IMG/VR virus record: IMGVR_UViG_3300027759_000043
DNA from: a virus
Taxonomy: Duplodnaviria; Caudoviricetes
DNA: 64,000 nt
Strand: one strand, 5' to 3'
Made by a program: the position numbers and the translations under genes. The notes under the pieces are model-generated. The model did not search any database, was not told the DNA's origin, and worked only from the letters and a program-made list of their open reading frames with translations. Positions 9,437 to 18,324 of this stretch are shown piece after piece; the stretch's first letter is position 1; each line of letters begins with the position of its first letter.

Positions 9437-10231
9437 ATGCTAAAAACATACCGCAGTATTTTTATCAGTGACGTACATCTTGGCACAAGAGACTGCAAGG
9501 CAGAAGAACTAAACAATTTTTTAAAACATAACTCATGTGATACGCTGTATCTAGTGGGAGACATCATCGATGCGTGGAAGATACAACAAAATAAATTGCG
9601 ATGGAAACAAAGCCACACCAATGTGGTACGCAGAGTACTTGGACATGCCAAACGTGGCACTAGGGTGGTATACGTAGCCGGTAATCATGACGAATTCCTG
9701 CGACCCATGATACCATACGCGGCGTCATTTGGCACTGTGGAAATTTGTAACCAATGCGAACATATAGGTGCAGACGGTCGACATTATCTTGTGGTACACG
9801 GCGACTTATTCGATGGCATCACACGATTAGCACCGTGGTTGAGTTTTTTAGGAGACAAGGCATATGATTTTATCTTGGGACTTAATAGTAGATTTAATTG
9901 GATCCGCCATCGTATGGGTTTTGGTTATTGGAGTCTTAGCCAGTTTCTTAAGCATAGGGTCAAAAAAGCCATTGACTTCATGTTCCACTTTGAACGGAAC
10001 CTCGCAACCTACTGTAAGAAAAGAGGATTTGATGGCGTGGTCTGCGGTCACATACACCACGCAGAAATAAAAGAAATTGACGGTGTTACATACATGAACG
10101 ATGGCGACTGGGTTGAGAGTTGTACAGCCTTAGTTGAACATCATGACGGACGTTGGGAAATTGTAACTTGGACAAAAACACATGACGAAAAAGATACTGA
10201 TAATAACGGACAACTTACCGGACCAAATTAA
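9437..10231 (+). CDS. plcP: PlcP-type phospholipase C (LpxH-like calcineurin metallophosphoesterase)
   Basis: FISDVHLG, LVGDIID, GNHDEFLR (His, not the GNRD of LpxH), VHGD.FD, CGHIHH, NDGDWVESCTA; Pho box upstream; GT4 gene downstream. Confidence 0.85.
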   Translation: MLKTYRSIFISDVHLGTRDCKAEELNNFLKHNSCDTLYLVGDIIDAWKIQQNKLRWKQSHTNVVRRVLGHAKRGTRVVYVAGNHDEFLRPMIPYAASFGTVEICNQCEHIGADGRHYLVVHGDLFDGITRLAPWLSFLGDKAYDFILGLNSRFNWIRHRMGFGYWSLSQFLKHRVKKAIDFMFHFERNLATYCKKRGFDGVVCGHIHHAEIKEIDGVTYMNDGDWVESCTALVEHHDGRWEIVTWTKTHDEKDTDNNGQLTGPN

Positions 10232-11192
10232 TGGCGTGGTCACCACTTACAAGAACATCGAGGCTTGTGCGGTACTGGATGGTTATCACGTTGATTATAT
10301 TGATCCCGGGCGGTTCCGCTACATTAATTGCCCTCGCTACCACGAAGTCAAGATTGCCTATCCCCGGAACTTGGGCGCGAAGATTGAGGAGATTGCTCCG
10401 GATTATATCCATATCGCCACAGAGGGTCCTCTTGGTCTGTGGGCTAGAGCATATCTTTCACTGGGCGATATTCGTCACAATACCGCTTATCACACTAAGT
10501 TTCCTGAAGGGCTCAAAAAGTTATTTGGAATACCTGAGTCTATTACCTGGCGTTTTGTACGATGGTTTCATAAACATAGTGGCAAGGTTTTAACAACAAC
10601 CGATTCAATGGTAGCAGAGTTGCAATCGCACGGATTCAATGGCGAGGTAGTTCCTTGGACACGCGGTGTTGACCGTGAAATCTTTACTCCTGCACTTAGA
10701 GAAGATGCGCCAGCAAAATATCTCTTATGTGTTAGTCGTGTGAGTAAAGAAAAGAATCTTGAACAATTCCTCGAACTTGACTATCCTGGATATCAAAAGA
10801 TCATGGTAGGGGATGGACCCATGCTTGACACTTACAAGAAAAAGTATCCTGATGTACACTTTACAGGTTTTAAAACAGGTCGAGATTTAGCACGTTACTA
10901 TGCCAATGCTGACGTATTTGTGTTCCCAAGCCAGTGGGAAACATTTGGTATTGTGATGATTGAAGCCATGGCCTGCGGAACCCCAGTTGCGGCTTACCCT
11001 GTTCAGGGGCCTGAAGATGTCATAGATGAAGGCATTACTGGCTGTATGAATCTTGATCTAAAGCAGGCAGTTACTGATTGTTTATTTTTAAATAGACAGA
11101 AAGTATGGGAAGGTAGTCAACGTTGGAGTTGGGAGAGAGCATGGGCAATATTCCGCGACAATCTTACTCCCAATCACCTGTGGACCAATTAA
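10182..11192 (+). CDS. agt: GT4 glycosyltransferase, Agt-like diacylglycerol (glucosyl/glucuronosyl) transferase
   Basis: QINGVV, HIATEGPLG, YHTKFPE, RGVD, RVSKEKNL, VGDGP, DVFVFPS..ETFG..EAMACGTPV; adjacent to plcP. Confidence 0.8.
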   Translation: MTKKILIITDNLPDQINGVVTTYKNIEACAVLDGYHVDYIDPGRFRYINCPRYHEVKIAYPRNLGAKIEEIAPDYIHIATEGPLGLWARAYLSLGDIRHNTAYHTKFPEGLKKLFGIPESITWRFVRWFHKHSGKVLTTTDSMVAELQSHGFNGEVVPWTRGVDREIFTPALREDAPAKYLLCVSRVSKEKNLEQFLELDYPGYQKIMVGDGPMLDTYKKKYPDVHFTGFKTGRDLARYYANADVFVFPSQWETFGIVMIEAMACGTPVAAYPVQGPEDVIDEGITGCMNLDLKQAVTDCLFLNRQKVWEGSQRWSWERAWAIFRDNLTPNHLWTN

Positions 11193-11209
11193 ACAAACAA
11201 AGGAAAAAT

Positions 11210-11818
11210 ATGAAAGAAATCTTACAAACACTTCGCGAGCAACGCTGGGACGACCATCGTTACTATCATCACAGTAGAATCAATCAATTCTTACACTTAA
11301 TCTCAGCCTCAAGTTTCTTGATTGCTTATGTGTATCTGTTTATTGATCCTGTTGTGAGTGCCTGGATTGCCTGGTTAGTTGCCATGACCACTCGCCAAGC
11401 CGGACACTTCTTCTTTGAACCACACGGCTACGATGAATACAACAAGGCCACATTCGAATACAAAGAAAAAATTAAGATTGGTTTCAATCTAAAACGCAAA
11501 CGAGTATTGTTATCTTGTTGGATAGCAGTTCCTATCTTGGCATTCTTTGATGCTGAGTTGATGAACTTGTTAATACCTGACAATGATCCCATGACATTTG
11601 TAAATCGTGTGGGCATGGGATGGTTATGGTTGGGTGCCGCCGGCGTTGTGTTTAGAATGATTCAACTGACTGCATTACAAAGCCGAAAGGTTGCACTGGT
11701 CTGGTGTCTAAAGATCATAACTGATCCATTCCATGATGTATGGATCTATCGTAAGAGCCCTATATATCTGATGCAGGGTCAGTTAATAGATCCTGACCTA
11801 AGACAAGATTATGCCTGA
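11210..11818 (+). CDS. Multi-pass membrane protein, tentatively Mpo1/DUF962-like; start revised to ATG 11210
   Basis: AAAGGA RBS; RWDDHRYYHHSRINQFLH, RQAGHFFFE; several hydrophobic helices. Confidence 0.65.
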   Translation: MKEILQTLREQRWDDHRYYHHSRINQFLHLISASSFLIAYVYLFIDPVVSAWIAWLVAMTTRQAGHFFFEPHGYDEYNKATFEYKEKIKIGFNLKRKRVLLSCWIAVPILAFFDAELMNLLIPDNDPMTFVNRVGMGWLWLGAAGVVFRMIQLTALQSRKVALVWCLKIITDPFHDVWIYRKSPIYLMQGQLIDPDLRQDYA

Positions 11819-11898
11819 TTGCAAAGACTAGCAAGTCTTGCTTCATTGACAATTTTGTATGTGCTTTAGTTTTAAGCACCGTAGTTTAAATACTTGCT

Positions 11899-12039
11899 AT
11901 GAGCAGTATTTTTGAAGAACTAAACGACTTAATAACAGAGAACCCTGTTGGCAAAGTGCTGGGGATCACTCTGCTGGTTCTTGTTTTCTCTGGAGCCATT
12001 GCTCTTGGGTTTGCCTATTGGATAACTCACAGACATTGA
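11899..12039 (+). CDS. Small single-TM protein (46 aa; not in track)
   Basis: TAAATACTTGCTATG upstream context; hydrophobic C-terminal half. Confidence 0.55.
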   Translation: MSSIFEELNDLITENPVGKVLGITLLVLVFSGAIALGFAYWITHRH

Positions 12040-12819
12040 TCATCTTCCCAAATATTTTTTAGGTTCGGCTTCTAATTGTCGTTGACGTTCTGACTTTGGT
12101 ATGATGCCAGTGCCCAATTGAGGATACTTCTCAATTCTGTCTTGTATCACCAACGCCATCATTAGCCCAACTGAACAGGCAATAACCACAGCCACCACTC
12201 CCCATATGGCATTGGCCCACACAGCGTCTATACGTCTTTTTCTACGGACTGCACGAACATGATCTTCTCGCATTTGTCGGGCAATAAGAATTTTTTGTTG
12301 CTTACCCATCTTCTCCATCATGTCTTCAACTTCTGAGTGCAATGCACCCAGTTCGGGAGGTGATTGATACACCATTATTTCACGCAGTTCTGTACCCATC
12401 TGTTCTAACTGCTTTTTCATCAGCACACGTTGTAAGGCACGTTTGCCTAGACTGGCATCGCCTGAATAAATCTCGTGTTGACTGTGTTTTTCTTCTTCTT
12501 CAAAGATGGCCATGCACTTGTAGTAGTTGTCGTAGTATGCGCCAAGATGCTCGCCCAGTTCGGTGTAGATGCCCGCTGTTTCACCGTCGCGTTTGTTTAA
12601 TTCAATAACACGATTTTTTTCTTTTACAAATTGATTGCGTTGTTCAACAGTAGGTGTTTTGCCTTTTCCTTCGTATGTACCATGGAACTGTTCGTCGAGA
12701 TCCTTGAGTACAGCCTTGACATCGCCAGCGGCACCCTTGATGTCTTTATAAAGTTGGCAACCTTTTTTGACAGCAGCCACAGCACCATTGGCCAGAGCAA
12801 AGAGGGTTATGGGATCCAT
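12040..12819 (-). CDS. Hypothetical coiled-coil protein with C-terminal TM helix
   Basis: 259-aa ORF, MDPITLFALANGAVAAVKKG start, hydrophobic segment near C-terminus. Confidence 0.7.
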   Translation of the reverse strand: MDPITLFALANGAVAAVKKGCQLYKDIKGAAGDVKAVLKDLDEQFHGTYEGKGKTPTVEQRNQFVKEKNRVIELNKRDGETAGIYTELGEHLGAYYDNYYKCMAIFEEEEKHSQHEIYSGDASLGKRALQRVLMKKQLEQMGTELREIMVYQSPPELGALHSEVEDMMEKMGKQQKILIARQMREDHVRAVRRKRRIDAVWANAIWGVVAVVIACSVGLMMALVIQDRIEKYPQLGTGIIPKSERQRQLEAEPKKYLGR

Positions 12820-13073
12820 TACTTGACCTCTTTCTTCAAGCGATACTCGACACAGATCAGTGTTCTGCGGTTGAGGTCACCAATCCAGGCAGTCCTTACA
12901 CATTCAGCAACACCGTGATTGAGTCGGACTTCTCGTTCTCGGGCAGGTAATTCTTGTGCTACACTGGGCCGATTGCCGCCGTACATGGGACTAGATGACA
13001 CAATCGCAGAACCACACAGTATTAACAATAATACCAAGATTACAGTTCTATAGATGGCCCCATATTTTTTCAT
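12819..13073 (-). CDS. Small secreted/membrane hypothetical protein
   Basis: Hydrophobic N-terminus; TAAATA upstream on minus strand; overlaps next start. Confidence 0.6.
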   Translation of the reverse strand: MKKYGAIYRTVILVLLLILCGSAIVSSSPMYGGNRPSVAQELPAREREVRLNHGVAECVRTAWIGDLNRRTLICVEYRLKKEVK

Positions 13074-13161
13074 CGTACTCCGTGCCCTTGTTGATCAGGG
13101 CTTAAAGTATTTAAAGCAATGTTTGCTTTAGATTAAACAGCGGTTAATTATTTCAGCCAAT

Positions 13162-13181
13162 AAAAAAGCCCCTTGCGGGGC
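13162..13181 (-). terminator. Rho-independent terminator
   Basis: GCCCC-GCAA-GGGGC plus T6 on minus strand. Confidence 0.8.
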
Positions 13182-13185
13182 AGTG

Positions 13186-13506
13186 TTATTTTGCAGGAGT
13201 TTTTCGGACTCGGGGTTTCTTGAGCACAACTGGCTTTTCAGCAGGTGCTTTCTTTGCCCGGGTCTTTTTGGGTTTAGCAGGATTGTCTGCGTGTACTGAC
13301 CACTCTTCAGGTGTCAACGAATGTAACCCAACACAGAACCCAGTTTGACTACGTCCGCAACCACATTTGGTTTGAGTGCTCGGCTTGGCATCCACATGTG
13401 CCTTGGGAAACGGCCAATCGCTTGTGGGTGCCTCAACCTTGTAGGGTGCTTCGGGTGCTGACTCTTTTGGTTTGCCCAAAAAGAATTCTTTGATCTTGTT
13501 AAACAT
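13186..13506 (-). CDS. CDGSH-type iron-sulfur domain protein with basic tail; start revised to 13506
   Basis: AAGGAG RBS; CGCGRSQTGFCVGLH resembles CxCxxS...CDGSH. Confidence 0.65.
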   Translation of the reverse strand: MFNKIKEFFLGKPKESAPEAPYKVEAPTSDWPFPKAHVDAKPSTQTKCGCGRSQTGFCVGLHSLTPEEWSVHADNPAKPKKTRAKKAPAEKPVVLKKPRVRKTPAK

Positions 13507-13649
13507 AATGTTCTCCTTGAAGTATTTATATTCTAGTGATCGCTCACTAGTAAAAACCATTGATTTACAATTATGTTATCATATATAATAGCACATAGGA
13601 CGCTGGATAGGCCGGGTCCTATAGTAAACTCGCTTTATAGGAGAATCAT

Positions 13650-13925
13650 ATGTTTACAGCAGACGCACTCATCGATACAGTTCAAACTGGTAAAAAAACT
13701 TTCGTTAACACATTCGTCACAAACGAATCAGTAAAAGACGCAATGATCAAGTTCATTGACGCACAAGCCGATTACACCAAAAAAGCCTCCAAGGTTGGTT
13801 TGGACACAGCAACCACGCTCACAAGCGAAGCAATGAAACAAGTGCAAGAAGTGGTTAAATTTGACTATGTCAAAGCCGGACAAGAATTCTTCAAAGCATT
13901 CCAGCCAGCAACAGCCAAAAAGTAA
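13650..13925 (+). CDS. Small helical protein, possibly phasin-like
   Basis: AGGAG RBS; amphipathic Ala/Lys/Gln-rich sequence. Confidence 0.6.
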   Translation: MFTADALIDTVQTGKKTFVNTFVTNESVKDAMIKFIDAQADYTKKASKVGLDTATTLTSEAMKQVQEVVKFDYVKAGQEFFKAFQPATAKK

Positions 13926-13939
13926 TACATTAGTATTAC
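13922..13939. promoter_or_regulatory. 18-bp palindrome (near-consensus operator)
   Basis: GTAATACA-TT-AGTATTAC, 33 nt upstream of a -35 box. Confidence 0.55.
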
Positions 13940-13946
13940 CATTTAC

Positions 13947-13969
13947 AAGCCCTGTTAGCACAGGGCTTT
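13947..13969 (+). terminator. Probable terminator hairpin
   Basis: AAGCCCTG-TTAGCA-CAGGGCTTT. Confidence 0.65.
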
Positions 13970-13972
13970 GTC

Positions 13973-14001
13973 TTGACCAATAATGGCTATTCTGCTATAC
14001 T
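13973..14001 (+). promoter_or_regulatory. sigma70-type early promoter
   Basis: TTGACC-17 nt-TATACT. Confidence 0.8.
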
Positions 14002-14007
14002 TGCCAC

Positions 14008-14244
14008 ATGAGATACTTAATACCGTTAGTTGTTGTGGTAGCAGGTTGTGCCAATGTGCGGCCACCTGTGGACGTGAGTCTTATTCCCAATGACTGTGCC
14101 AATCAATCCGCCATCATCAACTGGCTGGAAGAACAGAGCCGAATTTCCCCTTCAACCTTTTCAGACAAGGACCAATATGCAAGACATCGTGCCTCGATTC
14201 GCCAGCGTGTATGGAATATGCGTTACACTTGCAATCTTGTGTAG
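14008..14244 (+). CDS. Small lipoprotein
   Basis: MRYLIPLVVVVAGC lipobox. Confidence 0.7.
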   Translation: MRYLIPLVVVVAGCANVRPPVDVSLIPNDCANQSAIINWLEEQSRISPSTFSDKDQYARHRASIRQRVWNMRYTCNLV

Positions 14245-14518
14245 TGCAGGTTGTTCAACTGTGCAACAAACGCCCATGGGCTTTCAAGACCTAGATCACT
14301 TCAAAGTCAATTGCAAGAAAAAAGCAGAACAAATTGCATTCTTACAAAGCATGAGACCCACACGAGATGAAAAATTACTTGCTGGGTTCAGTGTCATGTT
14401 GCAACCCTGGAACTATCTTGTGGAGCCTTATGAACACGACAGCAAACGAGCAGTATCAACAGGAAGATCAGAATGGGTAATAAATCAATTGTTAATGGAA
14501 CTTCGCGACAACTGCTGA
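14177..14518 (+). CDS. Putative lipoprotein; start uncertain
   Basis: AAGGA before ATG 14177; LAILCSAGC lipobox-like. Confidence 0.55.
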   Translation: MQDIVPRFASVYGICVTLAILCSAGCSTVQQTPMGFQDLDHFKVNCKKKAEQIAFLQSMRPTRDEKLLAGFSVMLQPWNYLVEPYEHDSKRAVSTGRSEWVINQLLMELRDNC

Positions 14519-15066
14519 TTGCAAGTTTGTTGGCACCTGTCATGGCCATGGCCCAACAGTGTGTGATGCAGACCAAAACAGTCACGCAAAGTCAAGTTCA
14601 AATTGAAGAGCGCAGTCAGATCACTGCACAGATTGTGCCGGTTCCCGGTGGCGATCAACGATGCATGATCTCCATGCGAGGTCGCGTGGGTGCCACATGG
14701 TACACTGGATTTGGTGACTTTGTGTTTGCACGAACAGGCGTTCCTGAACAGGCCTGTGCTTCGGCTCAGCAACGTGCTGAAGCCAGTATTGTGACACAAG
14801 CAGGTCCAAAACGAGTGGCAACTGATAACACTTTGATTTGTCGAGAAGACCCCACACTGGATACAATACGTAAAACGGATCCAGGTACAGTGGCCAAATT
14901 GGCACAGTACCGCCCACATCCGGATTACCCGCGAGAATTCCACTACAACGGATCACGGTGCCGTTGGTTTTTGGATCCTGCTTGGACCGGACGTGATCTG
15001 CGTACAGGACAGGGCATAATTTGTCACTTACAAGAAAACAATTGGGTTGTGGTTGACAAATTTTGA
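14473..15066 (+). CDS. Secreted Cys-rich hypothetical protein
   Basis: Signal peptide ending AMA-QQ; several Cys. Confidence 0.65.
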   Translation: MGNKSIVNGTSRQLLIASLLAPVMAMAQQCVMQTKTVTQSQVQIEERSQITAQIVPVPGGDQRCMISMRGRVGATWYTGFGDFVFARTGVPEQACASAQQRAEASIVTQAGPKRVATDNTLICREDPTLDTIRKTDPGTVAKLAQYRPHPDYPREFHYNGSRCRWFLDPAWTGRDLRTGQGIICHLQENNWVVVDKF

Positions 15067-15081
15067 CAGATCAGTTATACT
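15053..15081 (+). promoter_or_regulatory. sigma70-type early promoter
   Basis: TTGACA-17 nt-TATACT. Confidence 0.8.
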
Positions 15082-15112
15082 ACAAACATCGTTAATCACC
15101 AAAGAGGTAGAT

Positions 15113-15862
15113 ATGAAACTTTCAGTAATCGCTTTAGCACTTGTTGCAGTCATGGGGACAGCACAAGCACAAACACAACCGCATCCTTATGCAATGAATC
15201 AAGCACCGGTCTCGGCACCGCCTAGTGCTCCTGCATGGTTCACAAGACTGCCCGAAGACACCGCGGACATGATCTTTTCGGCCGCAGTGGGTTCTAGCGT
15301 GGACGAGCAGATGGCCTATGACAAGGCACGTATGCAAGCCGAACGTAAGTTGGTAGAACTCATGAGTTCTAGAGTTCGCTCAAATGTAAAAAGTTACCGC
15401 AATGACCGTGGTGATTCAATGCAAGAAAGCACAGAAGTCACAATCAACAAAACAGCCGATGGCGAGTTGATTGGCGCACAACGTGTGGACAGTCAGGCCA
15501 CATTTGATGGTCGTGTGTATCGTGTTTATGTATTGCTACGTTACCCACTGGCACAGAACAACACCTTGCGTAAAGAGCGTGAAGGTGCGCAGGGCAAGCG
15601 TGAAGCAGACTTGAGAGCCGCAAGGGCACAGCAAGACCTTGAGCGTGAGACTCAACGTCAACGTTCGGAAGCAGAGGCCGCAGATCGTAGATTGAAAGAG
15701 GAAATCGGACCACGCTCTGATGCTCCAGCACCGGCCTCAACAGTCAACACCACTGAAGGTCCTGTGAAGTTACTGGATGTGGACAATGCTGAGTACCGGC
15801 AAAAACGCACAGAAGCACTGGCCAAACCCGGCGCAGTGATTGGACAAACAGTCGTCAGATAA
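15113..15862 (+). CDS. Secreted LPP20-like protein; start revised to 15113
   Basis: GAGG RBS; signal peptide; P.WF...P...IFSAAVG.S....A..KA...A pattern. Confidence 0.65.
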   Translation: MKLSVIALALVAVMGTAQAQTQPHPYAMNQAPVSAPPSAPAWFTRLPEDTADMIFSAAVGSSVDEQMAYDKARMQAERKLVELMSSRVRSNVKSYRNDRGDSMQESTEVTINKTADGELIGAQRVDSQATFDGRVYRVYVLLRYPLAQNNTLRKEREGAQGKREADLRAARAQQDLERETQRQRSEAEAADRRLKEEIGPRSDAPAPASTVNTTEGPVKLLDVDNAEYRQKRTEALAKPGAVIGQTVVR

Positions 15863-15877
15863 TAACCTATAAATAAC

Positions 15878-15905
15878 AGCGGTCTTCGGACCGCTTTCTT
15901 TCTTT
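15878..15905 (+). terminator. Rho-independent terminator directly downstream of TATAAATA (15868-15875)
   Basis: AGCGGTC-TTCG-GACCGCT plus T-rich tract. Confidence 0.8.
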
Positions 15906-16490
15906 ATGACCATGCCCACACAAGAAACTATTCAAACGGAACAAAATCATTCACAGTCCCTGGCCGACAATGGCATGTATGTTTTCATGGGTGACGTGGA
16001 TGACGAAAACATCAAGCCAGTAGTGGAATGGGTTTTGTACGAAAACTATGTGACCAAGAAAAAGAAAAAGGAACTGTTACTAATGATCTGCTCCGGTGGA
16101 GGAGACATGGGCGCGGCCTTTGCCCTGATTGACGTCATGATGAGTTCGCAGATTCCAATTAAAACTGTGGGTCTTGGTACTATTGCATCAGCAGGCTTGC
16201 TGATCTTTATATCCGGCACTCATGGACGCAGAATACTCACACCCAACACCAGTATTCTAAGTCATCAGTTTTCGTGGTACAATGAAGGCAAAGTGCATGA
16301 GTTGTTTGCCACAATGAAAGAGTTTGAACTCACACAGGCTCGAATGTTGGCACACTATGAATTGTGTACTGGTCTGGGTAGAGAAGAGATACGCACGAAC
16401 CTGTTGCCAGCACAGGATGTTTGGCTGAGTGCATCGGAAGCCCTGGCTCTGGGCGTGTGCGATGATATCAGCGTTTTAAATAGGTCTTAA
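15906..16490 (+). CDS. Divergent ClpP-like protease
   Basis: ICSGGGD, GTIASAG (Ser), SHQ (His), WLSASEALALGVCD. Confidence 0.8.
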   Translation: MTMPTQETIQTEQNHSQSLADNGMYVFMGDVDDENIKPVVEWVLYENYVTKKKKKELLLMICSGGGDMGAAFALIDVMMSSQIPIKTVGLGTIASAGLLIFISGTHGRRILTPNTSILSHQFSWYNEGKVHELFATMKEFELTQARMLAHYELCTGLGREEIRTNLLPAQDVWLSASEALALGVCDDISVLNRS

Positions 16491-16663
16491 CCGCCACGTG
16501 CGCTTCGGCGTGTGACATTGGCACCACCGAAGCCTTTGGTGTTTGCTTTGGGACCTTGCTTTTTAGGTGCCTTGCCCAGGCCAGGATGCAGTTCCTGGTT
16601 TTTCTTTTTGGCATCGTTGGCCATGTTGATAAATGGATTGGAACTTTTCTTTGGTTCTGTCAT
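16487..16663 (-). CDS. Small basic protein (58 aa; not in track)
   Basis: AAGGAG RBS; MTEPKKSSNPFINMANDAKKK...RRSARGG. Confidence 0.6.
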   Translation of the reverse strand: MTEPKKSSNPFINMANDAKKKNQELHPGLGKAPKKQGPKANTKGFGGANVTRRSARGG

Positions 16664-16672
16664 AACAACTCC

Positions 16673-18292
16673 TTAGCGTTTTCTTACATTTCGACCCAGC
16701 ACATCCTTGGTCATTCGCGGTGCTTGAGTTTGTCTGGCTGCCTTGGCGCCAGGACCAGTCAAGCGTTTTTTGTCAGTTTCTGCATCCAAGGTGTCGGCAC
16801 TGACTCCAGGTCCCATATAGTCCACAAGTTCCCCGGCGTTGTTATCACCAGGTGCGTCGGTAGTGGCAGTCTTTTCAACGTTGTCTATAGCCCGGGGTTC
16901 TTTGTTGATATTGAATACTAGTTTGCCGCCCGAACTGGCAGTTGAACTGTAACTCTTTTGTGCTTCTAGTGTGACTTGAGTAAACAACTTGCTGGGCCAT
17001 ATGGTTCTAAATCCTTGGATAACAAATTCGCCATCTTTGGTCTTGGAAGCATCGGTGTACATTTGCACAAAGGCCGAGTGGTTAAGGATGTCAGCGGCTG
17101 CCTCAGAGAAGTTGGTTTTCAAGTTGATTTCATTACAAACTTTATACGCAATAGAACTCACCAAGTGATTGAGAGGAACTATCTTGCTGGGATCTTCTGC
17201 ATTGCGATCTTGATACAGTTGTTTGAGATTTTTTGATAACTTGGTTTTTTTGATGTCAAAGTCAGGATCGCCAGCCGATTGTTTGAGACTCATCACTTGA
17301 GATATTTCATCCGGAGTAATAATTTCCAACTGCACAGCCAAGTTTAACGGACCAGAGTTGTGGTCGCCTCGGTCAATTGTGTTAAGGATCTCAACAACTT
17401 CGGGATAATTCTGAGCAAACTCGGGCATGCCAGCGGCTTCAAGTTCACGTAAAGCAACCAACAAGTTCACACTACTGGCCATGGCACCTTTGGCACCCTT
17501 GCTTGACAGTTTGATTTGCTTGCCTTCGGGACTGACCAACAATGAGTCGTATAACTCGCCACTCACATTGGTATTAAAACTAACGGTACAATCTGCAAAC
17601 CCGTTTTGGCCCATGAACAATGCGGCTGCCTCGCCGGCATTGCCTTGAACCTCACCTCCGTTGATTAACACACAGGGCTGGAGCATTTCACAAAAGTAAT
17701 CACGGAAACCTTTGAAGTCCATGCCTTCACCATCTACTGCTACAGGGAATGTGGGCGAGTTCATGATGGTTGCGGCGGCCCGATATTCAGGACTTTCTGT
17801 AGTGAACTTTGCACCAATCTGTGCCAAGATACTCTTGGGGGTTTGTTTCTTGAAATTGGTCAGCACATCGCTGGGTTTGTAACCGGCTTTTTCTTTGCTA
17901 CCGCGAGCATCAGTTTGGCCAAAGCCACCAGGTATGTCTTTGGTCTGGAAAAATGTATTCTGTGTTCTTACAGGTTTGATATCTCGAGTGAACTTTGCTA
18001 GATATCTAGTGCCCACGGCGGTGTCAAATGCCGCGATACCAAATGCTCTCATGCTGGCATTGGGCTGATTGACTTTTTCAATTGGATGACCAGCGGCTTT
18101 TTCCACATCCATCCAAGCATCCATAAAATCATGTGCATTTGCGTAACTGCCAACTTCGGGGTAAAATGTCAAGGATTTAAACACAATTTTATCATCAACT
18201 GTTTCTCCCCGGGAATATATTTCACCGGGTTTACGGGCACTGAGTCCACGGCTTTCCACAATTGAATCTAATAGGTTGATTAAATCTCTCAT
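16673..18292 (-). CDS. Hypothetical 539-aa protein, possible PD-(D/E)xK nuclease fold, capsid-targeting-like N-terminus
   Basis: MRDLINLLDSIVES start; LYDSLLV...IKLSSK motif. Confidence 0.6.
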   Translation of the reverse strand: MRDLINLLDSIVESRGLSARKPGEIYSRGETVDDKIVFKSLTFYPEVGSYANAHDFMDAWMDVEKAAGHPIEKVNQPNASMRAFGIAAFDTAVGTRYLAKFTRDIKPVRTQNTFFQTKDIPGGFGQTDARGSKEKAGYKPSDVLTNFKKQTPKSILAQIGAKFTTESPEYRAAATIMNSPTFPVAVDGEGMDFKGFRDYFCEMLQPCVLINGGEVQGNAGEAAALFMGQNGFADCTVSFNTNVSGELYDSLLVSPEGKQIKLSSKGAKGAMASSVNLLVALRELEAAGMPEFAQNYPEVVEILNTIDRGDHNSGPLNLAVQLEIITPDEISQVMSLKQSAGDPDFDIKKTKLSKNLKQLYQDRNAEDPSKIVPLNHLVSSIAYKVCNEINLKTNFSEAAADILNHSAFVQMYTDASKTKDGEFVIQGFRTIWPSKLFTQVTLEAQKSYSSTASSGGKLVFNINKEPRAIDNVEKTATTDAPGDNNAGELVDYMGPGVSADTLDAETDKKRLTGPGAKAARQTQAPRMTKDVLGRNVRKR

Positions 18293-18324
18293 GCATTACT
18301 TATCTCTGCAATAAGTAAACCACA

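Noticed and set aside
9437-10231. Annotation as the lipid A enzyme LpxH
   Set aside because: GNHD rather than GNRD, the Agt-like neighbour and the Pho box fit PlcP better.
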